From an uncultured Hormoscilla sp. (GTDB taxonomy: Bacteria > Cyanobacteriota > Cyanobacteriia > Cyanobacteriales > Desertifilaceae): a stretch of 64,000 nucleotides of DNA. The number at the start of each line of letters is the position of its first letter. Within the stretch, counting starts at the first letter, position 1. Location: NCBI GenBank assembly GCA_963921275.4, contig OZ001293.3:896001-960000 (forward strand). Direction: 5' to 3'. Under the pieces are notes generated by a model. The model saw only the letters and a list, made by a program, of their open reading frames with translations. It searched no databases and had not been told where the DNA came from. Made by a program: the position numbers and the translations under genes. Shown here piece after piece: positions 44,344 through 56,747 of this stretch.

Positions 44344-44686
44344 ACCGTAGCACTGCCCACCAACGCTCATCCTAAGCATTACCAATACTAGGCGAAATTT
44401 CCAAATCTCTCGCTCCCAGGTTCAGCGATAATTTTACCATATCTTATCACTTGACACGAAAGGCAGAGCCTCTAGATTACGTTCCCTGCCAGAGTCAGGG
44501 AACGAGATATTTTTTAGCTGGCTACAAGTTGAGAGTGGTCTGAAACCGCACAAATGGAAACTGCCCGCGATCGCGATCAGGCCAAAGTTTCTGGGTTAAT
44601 TGGTTAGAAAATTGTCAGGGAGCGGTAATAGATTATAAAAGCGGATGCGATTTGATACAATATCAGCAGTTGTACCCAGATTAATT

Positions 44687-44935
44687 ATGCAATTGTCTAT
44701 TCCTGATGGTGTAGTTCAAGCTATCCGACTCCCAGAACAACGCCTAGAACAAGAGCTTTTGAAAGAACTGGCGAGTGCCCTCTATGCCCAAGAACTACTC
44801 TCCTTTGGCAAAGCGAGAGAACTGGCACAGATGGGACATTATGAATTTGGCCAGTTATTGGGAGAGCGAGGTATATTGAGACATTACGGTGCCCAAGAGC
44901 TTTCCGAAGATTTGACCTATGCCCGTGGTGAGTAA
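44687..44935 (+). CDS. UPF0175 family protein; DUF3368 partner reduced to its first codons
   Basis: LSFGKARELA...ELSEDLTYA; followed by an MPVVSNTSPLLNLA fragment. Confidence 0.8.
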   Translation: MQLSIPDGVVQAIRLPEQRLEQELLKELASALYAQELLSFGKARELAQMGHYEFGQLLGERGILRHYGAQELSEDLTYARGE

Positions 44936-45184
44936 CACTTCTCCACTTTTAAACCTAGCAAATCTTTTGTTGGGAATAAACCCTAGGGTGGGCACCGCCC
45001 ACCAACGCTAATCATAAGCACTACCAATACCATGCGGAATTGATAAATGCTATTAGTCTGTTTCAACCGACTTTAGCTATTAGCCCGGGGTTTGAACCCC
45101 GGGCGGGCTAACAGCGAAGTCCCGTAAACTGCCCAAATGCGGGCTAACAGCGTAGAGAAGTAACTTTTTTACAAATGGAATAAT

Positions 45185-46663
45185 TTAATCAGCCATCCCA
45201 AGTATACAACCACTCCGCGCCCCCAACTGTAAGCCGAGAAAACCAGAAGCTTCCGTCCAAGTTATCTCTGCCTTTCCATATAATAGCTGACGGGGTACAG
45301 AAGACAACCCCTCGAGCTGAAAGCTGACATTTGCTGCTGACTCTCCCACATTAACAGCCACAATTAATTCTTCATCCCCCAGTTGTCGCGCAAACACGTA
45401 AACCTTACCCTCCGCAAACAAAACCTTGTACTTCCCTGTCCGCAAGGCCGGATATTTGTGCCGCAAAGCAATCAACTGGCGATGATAGGCTAACACTTCA
45501 GTATCCCAGTCCTTTTCTGCTGAAAAACCCCGCCGCGAGTCGGGATCCTGGGCCCCAGGCAAACCCACTTCATCTCCATAAAAGATACTCGGCGCACCCG
45601 GAAAAGTAAACAGCAGTAAAGTTGCCAACTCCACAGTAGCTTTATCCCCTCGGGCAATAGTCAGTAACCGGGCCGTATCATGGCTATCTAGCAGATTTAA
45701 CTGCGTCAGTTGAATTTCCCAAGGATAAAGATCCAGCAACTTTTCGATTTTCGCCCCATACCCCGCCCCATCCAGGGCCGGATAGGGTTCGTAGGATCGA
45801 TCGCGGACCAGTTCCATATCCACCTGATCGCCCGCCGTAAATGCGATTGTGGGGGCAGCAAAAAGATAATTCATCACCCCATCAAACTGGGTGCCATCCA
45901 ACCACTGGCGGGCATCATTCCAAATTTCCCCAACAATATAAGCATCAGGGTTAAGGGCCTTTACCCGCTGACGAAACTCCTGCCAAAAGCCCTCAGTTTT
46001 CACGCATTCGGGCACATCCAAACGCCAGCCATCGATACCCAGTTTAATCCAATGTTCGGCAATGCGCATAATATATTCCCGCACATCAGGATTATCGTGA
46101 TTAAACTGGGGCAAAGCCCGGTTATCAGCCCAAGAAACATAGTTAGCAGGCTTACTGCCATCATAAGCTGACAGGGGCCAACCTTCAACCTTAAACCAAT
46201 CCAACCAGGGAGAATGGGGTCCATTTTCCAGGATATCATGGAAGAAGAAAAAGCCGCGACTAGCATGATTAAACACCCCATCCAGCACCAGCTTAATATG
46301 GCGCTGTTTCGCAGCTAGCAGCAATTCCATGAAAGCTTGGTTTCCTCCCAGTAAAGGGTCAACATGGTAATAATCATGGGTGTGGTAGCGGTGATTGCTA
46401 GCAGATTGGAATATCGGGGTAAAGTAAATTGCGTTCACCCCCAAATCCTGGATATAATCGAGTTTTTCCATCACCCCCCACAAGTCTCCGCCCTTGTAGC
46501 CTTGCGGCGTCGGTGGCGTTTCCCAGGCTTCCAGAGGGGGGCTGTCGGAAACCCGCGATCGGGGTTGCTGGCTTCTGGCAAAGCGATCGGGGAAGATTTG
46601 GTAGAATACGGCCTGTTTAACCCAGTCTGGTGTTTCCATCGATAGTTTGAGATTATAGAGCAT
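45185..46663 (-). CDS. GH13 neopullulanase/cyclomaltodextrinase
   Basis: YQIFPDRF, DGVFNH, DGWRLDV, VGEIW, LDSHD, YGDEVG. Confidence 0.93.
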   Translation of the reverse strand: MLYNLKLSMETPDWVKQAVFYQIFPDRFARSQQPRSRVSDSPPLEAWETPPTPQGYKGGDLWGVMEKLDYIQDLGVNAIYFTPIFQSASNHRYHTHDYYHVDPLLGGNQAFMELLLAAKQRHIKLVLDGVFNHASRGFFFFHDILENGPHSPWLDWFKVEGWPLSAYDGSKPANYVSWADNRALPQFNHDNPDVREYIMRIAEHWIKLGIDGWRLDVPECVKTEGFWQEFRQRVKALNPDAYIVGEIWNDARQWLDGTQFDGVMNYLFAAPTIAFTAGDQVDMELVRDRSYEPYPALDGAGYGAKIEKLLDLYPWEIQLTQLNLLDSHDTARLLTIARGDKATVELATLLLFTFPGAPSIFYGDEVGLPGAQDPDSRRGFSAEKDWDTEVLAYHRQLIALRHKYPALRTGKYKVLFAEGKVYVFARQLGDEELIVAVNVGESAANVSFQLEGLSSVPRQLLYGKAEITWTEASGFLGLQLGARSGCILGMAD

Positions 46664-46768
46664 TCATCTATAATATCTTAACCCTTAGCATCGTGCAATA
46701 TGATCCTCACCCTAAAGGGTGAGGGTACAGGAACGAAGCCCGGCGGGCTTGAGGCGATCGCCTGCTTA

Positions 46769-47150
46769 TTAGCCGACAGCAAAATCAGAGTACTTGCGCA
46801 TAGAGGGGGGAATAAATGCCAAAACAATATCCCGTTTGGGAACCCCCAAAGCTACTAAACTATCAGCAATTCCTTCTTCAGTACCATCATGATGAATCCA
46901 GATATTGCCATCTTTAATATCCAAATGCAGCACCCAGCCATAGTTACGACGCTCCCGTTCTGTCCACATGAACCAACTGGTAACGATCGCGTTGGACATC
47001 AAAAATCAGTTCTTTCTCAACTTGTGATTTTCTCAAATTGTGGGCCGTTCGTTGAACCTTTTCTGTCAATAGTTGTTGAATATACTGCCGATACTGCTCT
47101 ACTGCCATAGAGTAATCACCTCCTCATCTGGAGCGTAAATCAAAAGACGC
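46769..47150 (-). pseudogene. xisI: XisI gene (frameshifted) preceded by XisH C-terminal remnant
   Basis: HLDIKDGNIWIHHDGTEEGIADSLVALGVPKRDIVLAF; ATG 47108; LLIYAPDEEVITLWQ. Confidence 0.8.
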
Positions 47151-47236
47151 AACTAACTGCAACAGCAGTTCAAACTTTTGAGTATTTTTCACTGCTCAAC
47201 TAAACTATTCATTTTGCCCTAGCTAGAGGGCGATCG

Positions 47237-47614
47237 CTATGATAGCATTCTCTCAATTTCCTGTAACACATCGACCAACATGGGAGCATCTGAGGAAATA
47301 ATATTATCTTGACTCCCATCATGCTTGTGATGAGGATAATTTGGCAGATGCAGCTTTTTGTGATGTGTGGTATTGTCATAGCGAAAAATCAGATTATTTG
47401 AAGCGTACTGATATGAATACAGATCGCCGTCTATCTTAGTTTTTACAGCTACATACTCGCGCAGGTAAAGCACGGAAGCATCTGTAAATTTTACCTCCCC
47501 ACGAATAAAACCTTCATAAGTGCCCTGTTTCTCAGGGATAAGGGTGAACGAATGCACGACGGGATAAGCTTGAATAGCCTCGTCAATAAGCTGAAAGTAC
47601 TCCTCAATTAACAA
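47237..47614 (-). CDS. DUF6516 family toxin
   Basis: YSYQY...IFRYDNTTHH...PHHKH. Confidence 0.8.
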   Translation of the reverse strand: MLIEEYFQLIDEAIQAYPVVHSFTLIPEKQGTYEGFIRGEVKFTDASVLYLREYVAVKTKIDGDLYSYQYASNNLIFRYDNTTHHKKLHLPNYPHHKHDGSQDNIISSDAPMLVDVLQEIERMLS

Positions 47615-47894
47615 ACTTCACACCTCCATATATATCTAAATTTTTTTGTAATCTCTTCAGCATCATTGATTCTCCAATCCACTCATCCAGTTCTAACGTC
47701 TCGGAAAATTCATCATTTTCATAGCGACGCCGAAACTCCTCTGTCGATAACTGATATTTATCCTCAAATTCCCGCAGTCTTGACTCTGTTCGCTGGATAC
47801 TGTGAGCAAGCAATTGCAATTCTTTGGCTAGCATATCTTTGAAAAATAGCTTTAAGGAATCTGGATGCTTGCAGAGGATCTTGAGTTCAGCCAT
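47604..47894 (-). CDS. Putative antitoxin upstream of DUF6516
   Basis: LREFEDKYQLSTEEF...DEW. Confidence 0.7.
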   Translation of the reverse strand: MAELKILCKHPDSLKLFFKDMLAKELQLLAHSIQRTESRLREFEDKYQLSTEEFRRRYENDEFSETLELDEWIGESMMLKRLQKNLDIYGGVKFVN

Positions 47895-48025
47895 GTTTAC
47901 CTCCTACGGTATATGGTTAATTACGTCGAGCCAGAGTATATGATATCATCAAAGGCCGATCGATGACACAGAACCCATATCCCGATAGCCTAAAATAATC
48001 ATATCATGATAGCTTAACATAAAGA

Positions 48026-48180
48026 TGAAACCTCTTTGAAATTTGTTGCGGCTCTATTCGATCGAGACCTGATGCCAACGGCGCTGAAAGTCGCAGCAGT
48101 GGTAGGATCGCTCCTGTTTACGATCGACCAAGGTGGGGCGCTGGTGCAAGGAAAGATGACAGGCGATCGCTGGATATAGC
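48026..48180 (+). pseudogene. NrtS-like small membrane protein fragment
   Basis: PTALKVAAVVGSLLFTIDQGGALVQGKMTGDRWI then stop. Confidence 0.6.
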
Positions 48181-48339
48181 GAAGATATTTGTAGTGCCAA
48201 TTGACAATTGACCACTGACCACTGTCCCGGAGACCATAACCTCTCCTTAACCAAACTTTTCTGCCAATCCCCCTTGCCAACTGCGCCCTACAGTCGGACA
48301 CTGGATCGGAGAGTTTACAGGCAGTTGAGAGGTTTTTCT

Positions 48340-49629
48340 GTGAAAAGAGTATTAGGGATCATTCTCGGAGGAGGCGCAGGCACCCGGCTTTACCCGCTGA
48401 CCAAGCTGCGGGCAAAGCCAGCAGTCCCCCTGGCAGGCAAATATCGCCTGATTGACATCCCCATCAGTAACTGCGTCAACTCAGAGATTTACAAAATTTA
48501 CGTCCTGACGCAATTTAACTCAGCGTCCCTGAACCGTCATATCACCCGTACCTACAACTTCTCTGGCTTGACCGAAGGCTTTGTGGAGGTGCTAGCAGCA
48601 CAGCAGACCAAAGAAAACCCCAGTTGGTTTCAAGGCACTGCCGACGCCGTGCGGCAATATCTCTGGTTATTTGAAGACTGGGACATTGACGAATACCTGA
48701 TTTTATCAGGGGACCACCTCTACCGGATGAACTATCGGGATTTTGTCGGACGCCACCGAGAAACCGGTGCCGATATCACCCTCTCGGTCTTACCCATTGA
48801 TGAGAAACGGGCCTCGGACTTTGGCTTGATGAAAATTGACAAGACAGGGCGGGTGATTGACTTCAGCGAAAAACCCAAAGGGGATACCCTCAAGCAGATG
48901 GCCGTGGATACCACTACCCTGGGACTGACGCCAGCAGAGGCGACTGAACGACCCTACATCGCCTCTATGGGGATTTATATCTTCAGCAAAGAGGTAATGA
49001 ACAAACTGCTCAAGGACAATCCCGATCAGACTGACTTTGGTAAAGAGATTATCCCCGGATCGGCAAAAGACTACAACATTCAAGCCTACCTGTTCAAAGA
49101 TTACTGGGAAGACATTGGTACAATTCAGGCATTCTATGAAGCGAACTTGGCCCTCACTCGGCAACCACAGCCGCCCTTCAGCTTCTACGACGAAAACGCC
49201 CCGATTTATACTCGCTCGCGTTTCTTGCCTCCCTCTAAGATTTTAGACTGTCAGGTGACCGAATCGATTATTGCCGAAGGCTGTATCTTGAAAAAATGCC
49301 GCGTCCAACATTCAGTTTTGGGAGTGCGATCGCGCGTAGAAGCTTCCTGTCTGATCGAAGATTCCCTGGTGATGGGTGCTGATTACTATGAACCCTTTGT
49401 TGAAAGTCAATCATCCTCAGACAAAGACGGCATTCCCGTGGGTATCGGTGCAGATACGACAATTCGCCGCGCCATCATTGACAAAAACGCCCGCATTGGT
49501 CGCCAGGTCCAAATTATCAATAAAGACTGGGTAGACGAAGCTGATCGGGAACAAGATGGATTCTACATCAAAAATGGTATAGTCGTGGTATTGAAAAATG
49601 CCGTAATTCCCGACGGAAAGATAATTTAG
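48340..49629 (+). CDS. glgC: Glucose-1-phosphate adenylyltransferase
   Basis: GTG start 48340; [35 protein letters not shown]. Confidence 0.97.
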   Translation: MKRVLGIILGGGAGTRLYPLTKLRAKPAVPLAGKYRLIDIPISNCVNSEIYKIYVLTQFNSASLNRHITRTYNFSGLTEGFVEVLAAQQTKENPSWFQGTADAVRQYLWLFEDWDIDEYLILSGDHLYRMNYRDFVGRHRETGADITLSVLPIDEKRASDFGLMKIDKTGRVIDFSEKPKGDTLKQMAVDTTTLGLTPAEATERPYIASMGIYIFSKEVMNKLLKDNPDQTDFGKEIIPGSAKDYNIQAYLFKDYWEDIGTIQAFYEANLALTRQPQPPFSFYDENAPIYTRSRFLPPSKILDCQVTESIIAEGCILKKCRVQHSVLGVRSRVEASCLIEDSLVMGADYYEPFVESQSSSDKDGIPVGIGADTTIRRAIIDKNARIGRQVQIINKDWVDEADREQDGFYIKNGIVVVLKNAVIPDGKII

Positions 49630-49667
49630 TTCAAATTCCCCCCAGTTCCTTGTCCGGACAATGACGA

Positions 49668-50198
49668 ATGACCAGACTAATTCTGCTTATAGGGCTTCCT
49701 GGTAGCGGAAAATCCACTCTGGCACACCAGCTGATAGCGGAATGGCCCAGCTATCAGCTGGTTTCCACTGACGCTATCCGCGCTCAACTATTTGGCTCGG
49801 AAGCTATCCAGGGAGAATGGCTCCGCGTATGGCGTCAGGTGCAGCGACAATTCCAAACCGCCGTGGCCCAAAAGGCAACAGTAATCTATGATGCTACTAA
49901 TGCTCAGCGGTGCCAGCGACGATGGGCGATCGCCCTGGCCCGGGAAACTGGCTTTACCCACATCACTGGCATCTGGTTGCGTACTCCCTTGCTAGCATGT
50001 CTGGAACGTAACCGCAACCGCCCGCGCCAAGTGCCAGAAGAAGTAGTCTTCCGAATGCACCGGCAATTATCTGGCGCTCCACCGGCAGTCAATGAAGGGA
50101 TGGATTTTCTGATCTATTATGGAAAACAGCATGGTATTGTGGGGGAATTGCGATCGCCCGCGAGCAAAAACCGAACTCCAGGAGATGGAAATATTTGA
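49668..50198 (+). CDS. P-loop kinase (AAA_33 family)
   Basis: LIGLPGSGKST, YDATN. Confidence 0.85.
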   Translation: MTRLILLIGLPGSGKSTLAHQLIAEWPSYQLVSTDAIRAQLFGSEAIQGEWLRVWRQVQRQFQTAVAQKATVIYDATNAQRCQRRWAIALARETGFTHITGIWLRTPLLACLERNRNRPRQVPEEVVFRMHRQLSGAPPAVNEGMDFLIYYGKQHGIVGELRSPASKNRTPGDGNI

Positions 50199-50269
50199 TA
50201 GCCTAAACAGTAACAGTAGTTTATCGAAAAAAATCAGTTAGTTGAATGTTTAGGCAACAGGAGAGAAGC

Positions 50270-51280
50270 ATGGCGAAAACAGACTTCAAAGATTATTACT
50301 CCATCCTGGGAGTGAGTAAAAACGCTAGCGTTGAAGAGATCAAAAAGAGTTTCCGCAAACTGGCAAGGAAGTATCACCCCGATATGAACAGAAACGATAG
50401 GCTTGCGGAAGCCCGGTTCAAGGAAGTTAACGAAGCCTACGAAGTTTTATCAGACCCGGAAAAACGTCGCAAATACGACCAATTCGGTCAATATTGGAAG
50501 CAAGCTGGCAATGGATGGTCTGGCAGTAGTGGTGGTAGGGGAACTAATGTTGACTTTGGCGGCTTTGACTTTAGTCAGTACGGCAGCTTCGATGAATTTA
50601 TTAATGAATTATTGGGTCGCATGGGCGGCGGCGGGGGGAGACAAACCTACAGTTACCGCAAGAATGGTGGTGGACCAACAGGATTTGGCGGCTTTGAAGA
50701 TTTTGCCGGATTTGGTGGCGCTTCCGGGGCGGGTTCTGGGGCGGGCCCAGATGCAGAAGCAAATCTCACCCTCAGTCTATCGGAAGCATTTGCTGGAGTC
50801 CAGAAGCGTCTGAGTTTGGGTTCGGAAGTGATAGACGTGCGCATTCCGGCTGGGGCGAAACCGGGTAACCGCATTCGTGTCAAAGGGAAAGGTAAAATGA
50901 ACCCCCGCAATGGGCAAAGGGGAGATTTGTACTTAAAAGTAGGAATTGCCCCTCACTCCTTCTTCCAATTCGAGGGCGATAATCTCGTCTGTGAAGTACC
51001 CGTGACACCCGATGAAGCCGTACTCGGGGCATCCGTGGAAGTTCCTACCCCTGATGGCAGCGTCAGCGTACAGGTCCCCGCAGGTATCCGTCCAGGTCAA
51101 TCTCTGCGACTGCGGGGCAAAGGCTGGCCTCATCCTCAAGGCGGACGGGGAGACCAGCTGGTGAAAATTGCGATCGCCATTCCCAAAGATCTGAGTAAGA
51201 CGGAAAAGGAATATTACGAAAAAATTCGTACCAGTCGCAGTTACAATCCCCGCCAACATTTATCTGGGGTGCGGCTATAA
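50270..51280 (+). CDS. DnaJ/CbpA-type co-chaperone (no zinc finger)
   Basis: J domain with HPD, G/F-rich linker, C-terminal domain. Confidence 0.93.
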   Translation: MAKTDFKDYYSILGVSKNASVEEIKKSFRKLARKYHPDMNRNDRLAEARFKEVNEAYEVLSDPEKRRKYDQFGQYWKQAGNGWSGSSGGRGTNVDFGGFDFSQYGSFDEFINELLGRMGGGGGRQTYSYRKNGGGPTGFGGFEDFAGFGGASGAGSGAGPDAEANLTLSLSEAFAGVQKRLSLGSEVIDVRIPAGAKPGNRIRVKGKGKMNPRNGQRGDLYLKVGIAPHSFFQFEGDNLVCEVPVTPDEAVLGASVEVPTPDGSVSVQVPAGIRPGQSLRLRGKGWPHPQGGRGDQLVKIAIAIPKDLSKTEKEYYEKIRTSRSYNPRQHLSGVRL

Positions 51281-51398
51281 CAGGTCTAGAACTCTAGGGA
51301 AAACGCATCTAAATTCCGGAAGCCTTTCCCAGCAAGGGTTTGAGAATTTGATCAGTATTTATACTCGATCGTGCTGAAACCCTTGCCCTGTAAGCATT

Positions 51399-51947
51399 TC
51401 AAGAATAAGATGCGTTCGCCCTGTCTAGAACTCCCAGCAAAGTATCCACCTCAGCATTAGAGTCTAAAAAAGAGAACAGGTGTTTATAACGCAAGATTCC
51501 CTGCTTGTCAAGGACAAACTGGGCGGGTAGGGGTGCCCCTAATGCTTGTCCGACTTTGTAAGCCCGAAAAGTCCGGCAGCTAGGGTCAGCAAGCAACGGC
51601 ATTTTTAAGCCCAAATCTTGCACCACGATTTGGCTTTGTTCGGTGTCCGTACTGGTAATCATCAACAGTTCTGCGCCCCGACTGGTAAACTGTTCGTAAT
51701 TTTCATTCAGGGCTTTGATGTGGGGTTTGCAAAGGGGGCAATATTGCTTTTCAGTGAAAATTCGGGTAAAGGCAACAATAACTGGTTGTTTTTCCCGGTA
51801 ATCTGATAACTTGACTGTCCCGGAATTAGTAATATCGGGTAGTTCAAAGTCCGGGGTTTTATTTCCCAAGCTGAAGGTAGTGGTGGCAGGAATGGGGAAA
51901 AAGTTTTTCCTAAACCGCTCATTTTTAATGTCTGTTAAAGTCAGCAT
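51399..51947 (-). CDS. AhpC/TSA-family peroxiredoxin-like protein
   Basis: PDFELPD, YCPLC; likely start at MLTLTD. Confidence 0.85.
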   Translation of the reverse strand: MLTLTDIKNERFRKNFFPIPATTTFSLGNKTPDFELPDITNSGTVKLSDYREKQPVIVAFTRIFTEKQYCPLCKPHIKALNENYEQFTSRGAELLMITSTDTEQSQIVVQDLGLKMPLLADPSCRTFRAYKVGQALGAPLPAQFVLDKQGILRYKHLFSFLDSNAEVDTLLGVLDRANASYS

Positions 51948-52028
51948 AGTAAAAGGGATTAGAGATTGGCAATTTAGCGTTTGTAGTTGCGCTTTAGCGC
52001 TAAAGCGCAACTACTTCCCGACAGATGA

Positions 52029-52625
52029 CTAAACAGCGGCAAAGTATACTTTAGACTTGACCGGATCGGGGTTCATAGTCTTGTCTCCGGGCTTCCAGTC
52101 AGCCGGGCAAACTTCATCTGGATGAGTTTGCACGTATTGGAGGGCTTGCAGTATCCGCAGGGTCTCATCAACGTTGCGACCGAAGGCGAGGTTGTTGATG
52201 GTAGCATGTTGGATGATGCCCTCTTTGTCAATGATGAATAGACCTCGTAGGGCAATGCCCGCTTCGGGATCGAGTACGTTGTAAGCGGCGCTGATTTCTT
52301 TTTTGATGTCGGAAACCAAGGGATAGTTGAGATCGCCGACGCCGCCTTCCTTACGGTCTGTCTGAATCCATGCTAGGTGAGAAAACTCGCTATCTACGGA
52401 GACGCCGAGAACTTCTGTGCCTAGCTTCTTGAATTCCTCAAACCGATCGCTAAATGCGGTAATCTCAGTGGGGCAAACAAAGGTGAAGTCCAGGGGATAG
52501 AAGAATATGACGACATATTTACCCTGATAGTCAGACAGCTTAATCGTCTTGAATTCTTGATCGACTACAGCAGTCGCAGTAAAGTCCGGGGCCGGTTGTC
52601 CCACCCGCAGGCATCCTTCAGTCAT
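52029..52625 (-). CDS. 2-Cys peroxiredoxin
   Basis: [13 protein letters not shown] and EVCPA. Confidence 0.96.
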   Translation of the reverse strand: MTEGCLRVGQPAPDFTATAVVDQEFKTIKLSDYQGKYVVIFFYPLDFTFVCPTEITAFSDRFEEFKKLGTEVLGVSVDSEFSHLAWIQTDRKEGGVGDLNYPLVSDIKKEISAAYNVLDPEAGIALRGLFIIDKEGIIQHATINNLAFGRNVDETLRILQALQYVQTHPDEVCPADWKPGDKTMNPDPVKSKVYFAAV

Positions 52626-52808
52626 AATTGAGTCTCCTTCACAAATCGTTACAAGTAGATCGTAGTCATAACGATTATGACTATAGCATAATTGGACTGA
52701 AATCCTGGGGCACGAGAGGCCTCTACAGTCCCGATTACTCGACCGTTACTCTGCAATCGGGAGACAGTGTAACTTTAGAGGCGAGAGTGGAATGGCCCGA
52801 GGCATCAG

Positions 52809-52983
52809 CGATGTCTCTGGGGTAGTGCGAATACGATGTCTCCCCTTTTGTGCGATTACGATGTCTCCGTATCGGTGCTCTGCGTAGTGCGAATAGCGCG
52901 CGCAGAGCACATCGGAGTATTGCTTCTAGCGCTCTCCGGAGACATCGAGCTCCCAGGAGACATCGAGCTCCCCAGAGACATCG
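52809..52983. mobile_element. Nested cluster of CGATGTCTC-ended miniature elements
   Basis: Three left ends, an inner GTGCTCTGCG/CGCAGAGCAC hairpin, then three right ends. Confidence 0.88.
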
Positions 52984-53392
52984 AAACCCCCCGTGAGTAA
53001 CTCGGATTTTCAGGAAGCTGTTGTCTCCGAAGAACTTCGACTGGAAAGGATTTATGGCCATCTACTCTCTCGGACAGATAACCCAATTTGGCGTCAATTG
53101 CCGCGGGCAGGCGATCGCTTTCTCGTTTACCGGGCCGACCTTGCTAGTCCGACAGTGATTGCTGGTTATCATTGGTTTAATGACTGGGGTCGGGATACTC
53201 TCATTGCCTTGCCTGGGTTGACTTTAACTACCCAGCCCTTTGACGTGGCCCGGGGACTGCTGTCAACTTTTGGTCGCTATTGCCACAAGGGATTGATTCC
53301 CAATAATTTTCCCGATCGGGGTTGCGATCCAGCTTACAACAGTATCGAGGCTGCCCTGTGGTGGATTGAAATTTTGGGGCTATACCTGGAAG

Positions 53393-54359
<967 letters not shown>

Positions 54360-54741
54360 AAGACCCAGGACTGGGATTTCTGAGAGCAACAATATCCGAT
54401 CCGGCGGCAGATTTACAAAGGTTTCCGAGGCGGCACTCTCTATAATCTGCGTTGACCCTAGGGATGGATTGATGACTTGGGAAGCGCCCGGTGTGGCCCT
54501 GACTTGGATGGATGCTGTCATTGACGGTTGCCCGATCGCCCCCGTCCGGGCAAACCGGTGGAAATTAATGCCCTTGGTACTCGGCTTTGTGCTGGATCGC
54601 TCAGTGGGCCCAGCAACTGGGGCATCATGAGATCGCTTGCCAGATATGCACGAGAAGCCCAGCAAGTCAAGGCATCTTTACAAAAGTTTGGGAATGGAAA
54701 GCTGGGATATCTTTACGATCGCATCGATCTGGATGACAGGG

Positions 54742-54785
54742 CCGTGTCTCTTGGATAGTGCGATTAGCGCTTCCAAGAGACACGG
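54742..54785. mobile_element. Single 44-bp member of the miniature element family
   Basis: CCGTGTCTCTTGGA-TAGTGCGATTAGCGCT-TCCAAGAGACACGG. Confidence 0.8.
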
Positions 54786-54976
54786 CGGGGGATGCAAGCA
54801 TTCGCCCGATTGCGCTGCGCGATCGACAAGGTAAAATACTCCTTGGCCCCATCAAGCAACCGCACCCCTCTGGCAACCGACAGAAAAAGTCTGGTTTGAG
54901 CCTTTGACGTACCGCTCGATGTCGCGGATAATGGTAAGCTTGATGGTTGCAAATAATGACGATCGCAGGTAAAGTA

Positions 54977-55669
54977 ATGACTGTAGCAGATGACAAAACT
55001 ATTGTCCGTGAGTATTTTAACGCGACTGGCTTCGAGCGGTGGCAGAGGATCTATGGCGATGGCGAGGTGAATAAAGTCCAGCTGGATATCCGCAAGGGAC
55101 ATCAGCAGACGGTTGATACGGTGCTCTCCTGGCTGCAGGCGGATAATAATATCAAAGGATTATCAGTCTGCGATGCGGGTTGTGGTGTGGGTAGCCTCAG
55201 TATTCCCTTGGCCCAAGCGGGTGCGCAAGTCTATGGGAGTGATATTTCTGAAAAAATGGTGACAGAAGCATCCTCCAGGACCAAGGCGGCGATCGGCAAC
55301 AACGATAATCCTACTTTTATTGTCCAGGATTTGGAGCAATTAAGCGGCAGCTACCACACGGTTATTTGCCTGGATGTGCTGATTCACTATCCTCAAGAAA
55401 AAGCAAGTGAGATGATCGGACATCTCTGTTCTTTGGCCTCCTCTCGTCTGATTATCAGTTTTGCCCCCAAAACTCTGGCTTTGTGTATACTCAAGAAAAT
55501 CGGTAGTTTATTTCCCGGTCCTAGTAAGACAACTCGCGCTTACATGCATCGCGAGGTAGATGTGGTCAAGATGCTCGAAAACAATGGCTTTTCTATTGCA
55601 CGTGATGCCATGACTAAGACTAGCTTTTATTACTCTCGCATCCTCGAAGCTACTCGCATTCCCTCCTAG
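54977..55669 (+). CDS. chlM: Mg-protoporphyrin IX methyltransferase
   Basis: YFNATGFERWQRIYG, CDAGCGVGSL, CLDVLIHYP, FPGPSKTTRAY. Confidence 0.95.
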   Translation: MTVADDKTIVREYFNATGFERWQRIYGDGEVNKVQLDIRKGHQQTVDTVLSWLQADNNIKGLSVCDAGCGVGSLSIPLAQAGAQVYGSDISEKMVTEASSRTKAAIGNNDNPTFIVQDLEQLSGSYHTVICLDVLIHYPQEKASEMIGHLCSLASSRLIISFAPKTLALCILKKIGSLFPGPSKTTRAYMHREVDVVKMLENNGFSIARDAMTKTSFYYSRILEATRIPS

Positions 55670-55751
55670 CCCCCCCACCCCCTAAAGGGTGAGGCTACAT
55701 GAACAAAGCCCGCCGGCGCGGGCTATGAAGTTAATGTTCGAAAATAATTTA

Positions 55752-56049
55752 ATGATGACAAGAATTTTTCTGGCGATCGCCTCTATTTTCGGGGCCCTGG
55801 CGGTAGCAGCAGGTGCCTTTGCTTCTCATGCATTAAAGGATCGGTTAACGGAGAAGGCTTTGAGTATTTTTGAAACCGGGGCCAGATACCAAATGTATCA
55901 TGCTTTGGCGCTGCTGATGGTGGCGTTGCTGTTAAGTCGCGCCGAAGCTTCCCAGACCTTTATCGTAGCAGGAGGATGGGCCTTCGTTGTAGGAATTGCT
56001 ATTTTTTCTGGCCGCTTGTATGCTTTGAGTTTAACAGGTATCAAGTGGT
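55752..56049 (+). pseudogene. DUF423 membrane protein, 3' truncated
   Basis: GAFASHAL, ETGARYQMYHALAL; similarity ends at LTGIKW. Confidence 0.8.
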
Positions 56050-56369
56050 TCATTTGCTTGGGACTCTGTAATTGTAGGCTCAATATTGTAATCTCCTTGG
56101 TTTCGTTTATCCTGAGCATCAATTAGGTAACGATGGAACTCTATAGGAACGCGCCCAGTACGGGCAAAGTCTCGACCAAATGCTGAAATTACAGCTGCAT
56201 GGCTAGAGAATGTTAAACCATCCTCTAACAAGCATGCTTCAGCAATATAAAACATTGTATAATAAGCCCGTGATGCGGCAAAATCAGGTAGTGAATGATT
56301 CGCTAGTAACTTAGCTGCTTGCAGACTTTCATCAGCCTTTCTCAGAAGGGAAGCTTGTTCTGGTGTCAA
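56031..56369 (-). pseudogene. HEPN domain toxin, 3' truncated
   Basis: AASRAYYTMFY, SSHAAVISAF, RNQGDY. Confidence 0.8.
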
Positions 56370-56686
56370 ATTGGTACTCCTTCCCGTCGAACATTGAGGA
56401 AAAACGGACTATTTTCTGACTGGAAACGCAGTAATGACACAAAAGCGCGGGAAATGACTACCGTATGTTCTAGGCACAAAGTCGCAGTAAATTCACCGGT
56501 ACGATCGATTTCTTCCCAGGCATTAACGTCATCTTTGAGAACTACCAAAACATCAATATCGGAGTCCGGTCGAGCATCTCCTCTCGCTTGAGAACCATAA
56601 AGAATTAACCGCACTAGACGTTCTCCATAAAATGTCTTAAAATAATGACGCAGTTCTGTCAAAATATCTGGCAATTTCTCTTTCAT
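56366..56686 (-). CDS. MNT nucleotidyltransferase antitoxin
   Basis: LYGSQARGDARPDSDIDVLVV. Confidence 0.88.
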   Translation of the reverse strand: MKEKLPDILTELRHYFKTFYGERLVRLILYGSQARGDARPDSDIDVLVVLKDDVNAWEEIDRTGEFTATLCLEHTVVISRAFVSLLRFQSENSPFFLNVRREGVPI

Positions 56687-56747
56687 AGCATACCTCCTAC
56701 CTATCTGAATAGGAAGCGAGCGCCCGCCCGTTCGCTCCCTTTCCCAC

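Noticed and set aside
48208..48339. N-terminal extension of GlgC
   Set aside because: Upstream in-frame sequence; the conserved protein begins at GTG 48340.
52735..53086. ORFs with repeated RCLLGA or SSMSLG peptides (also 54144-54665)
   Set aside because: Translation artefacts of the nested GAGACATCG repeats.
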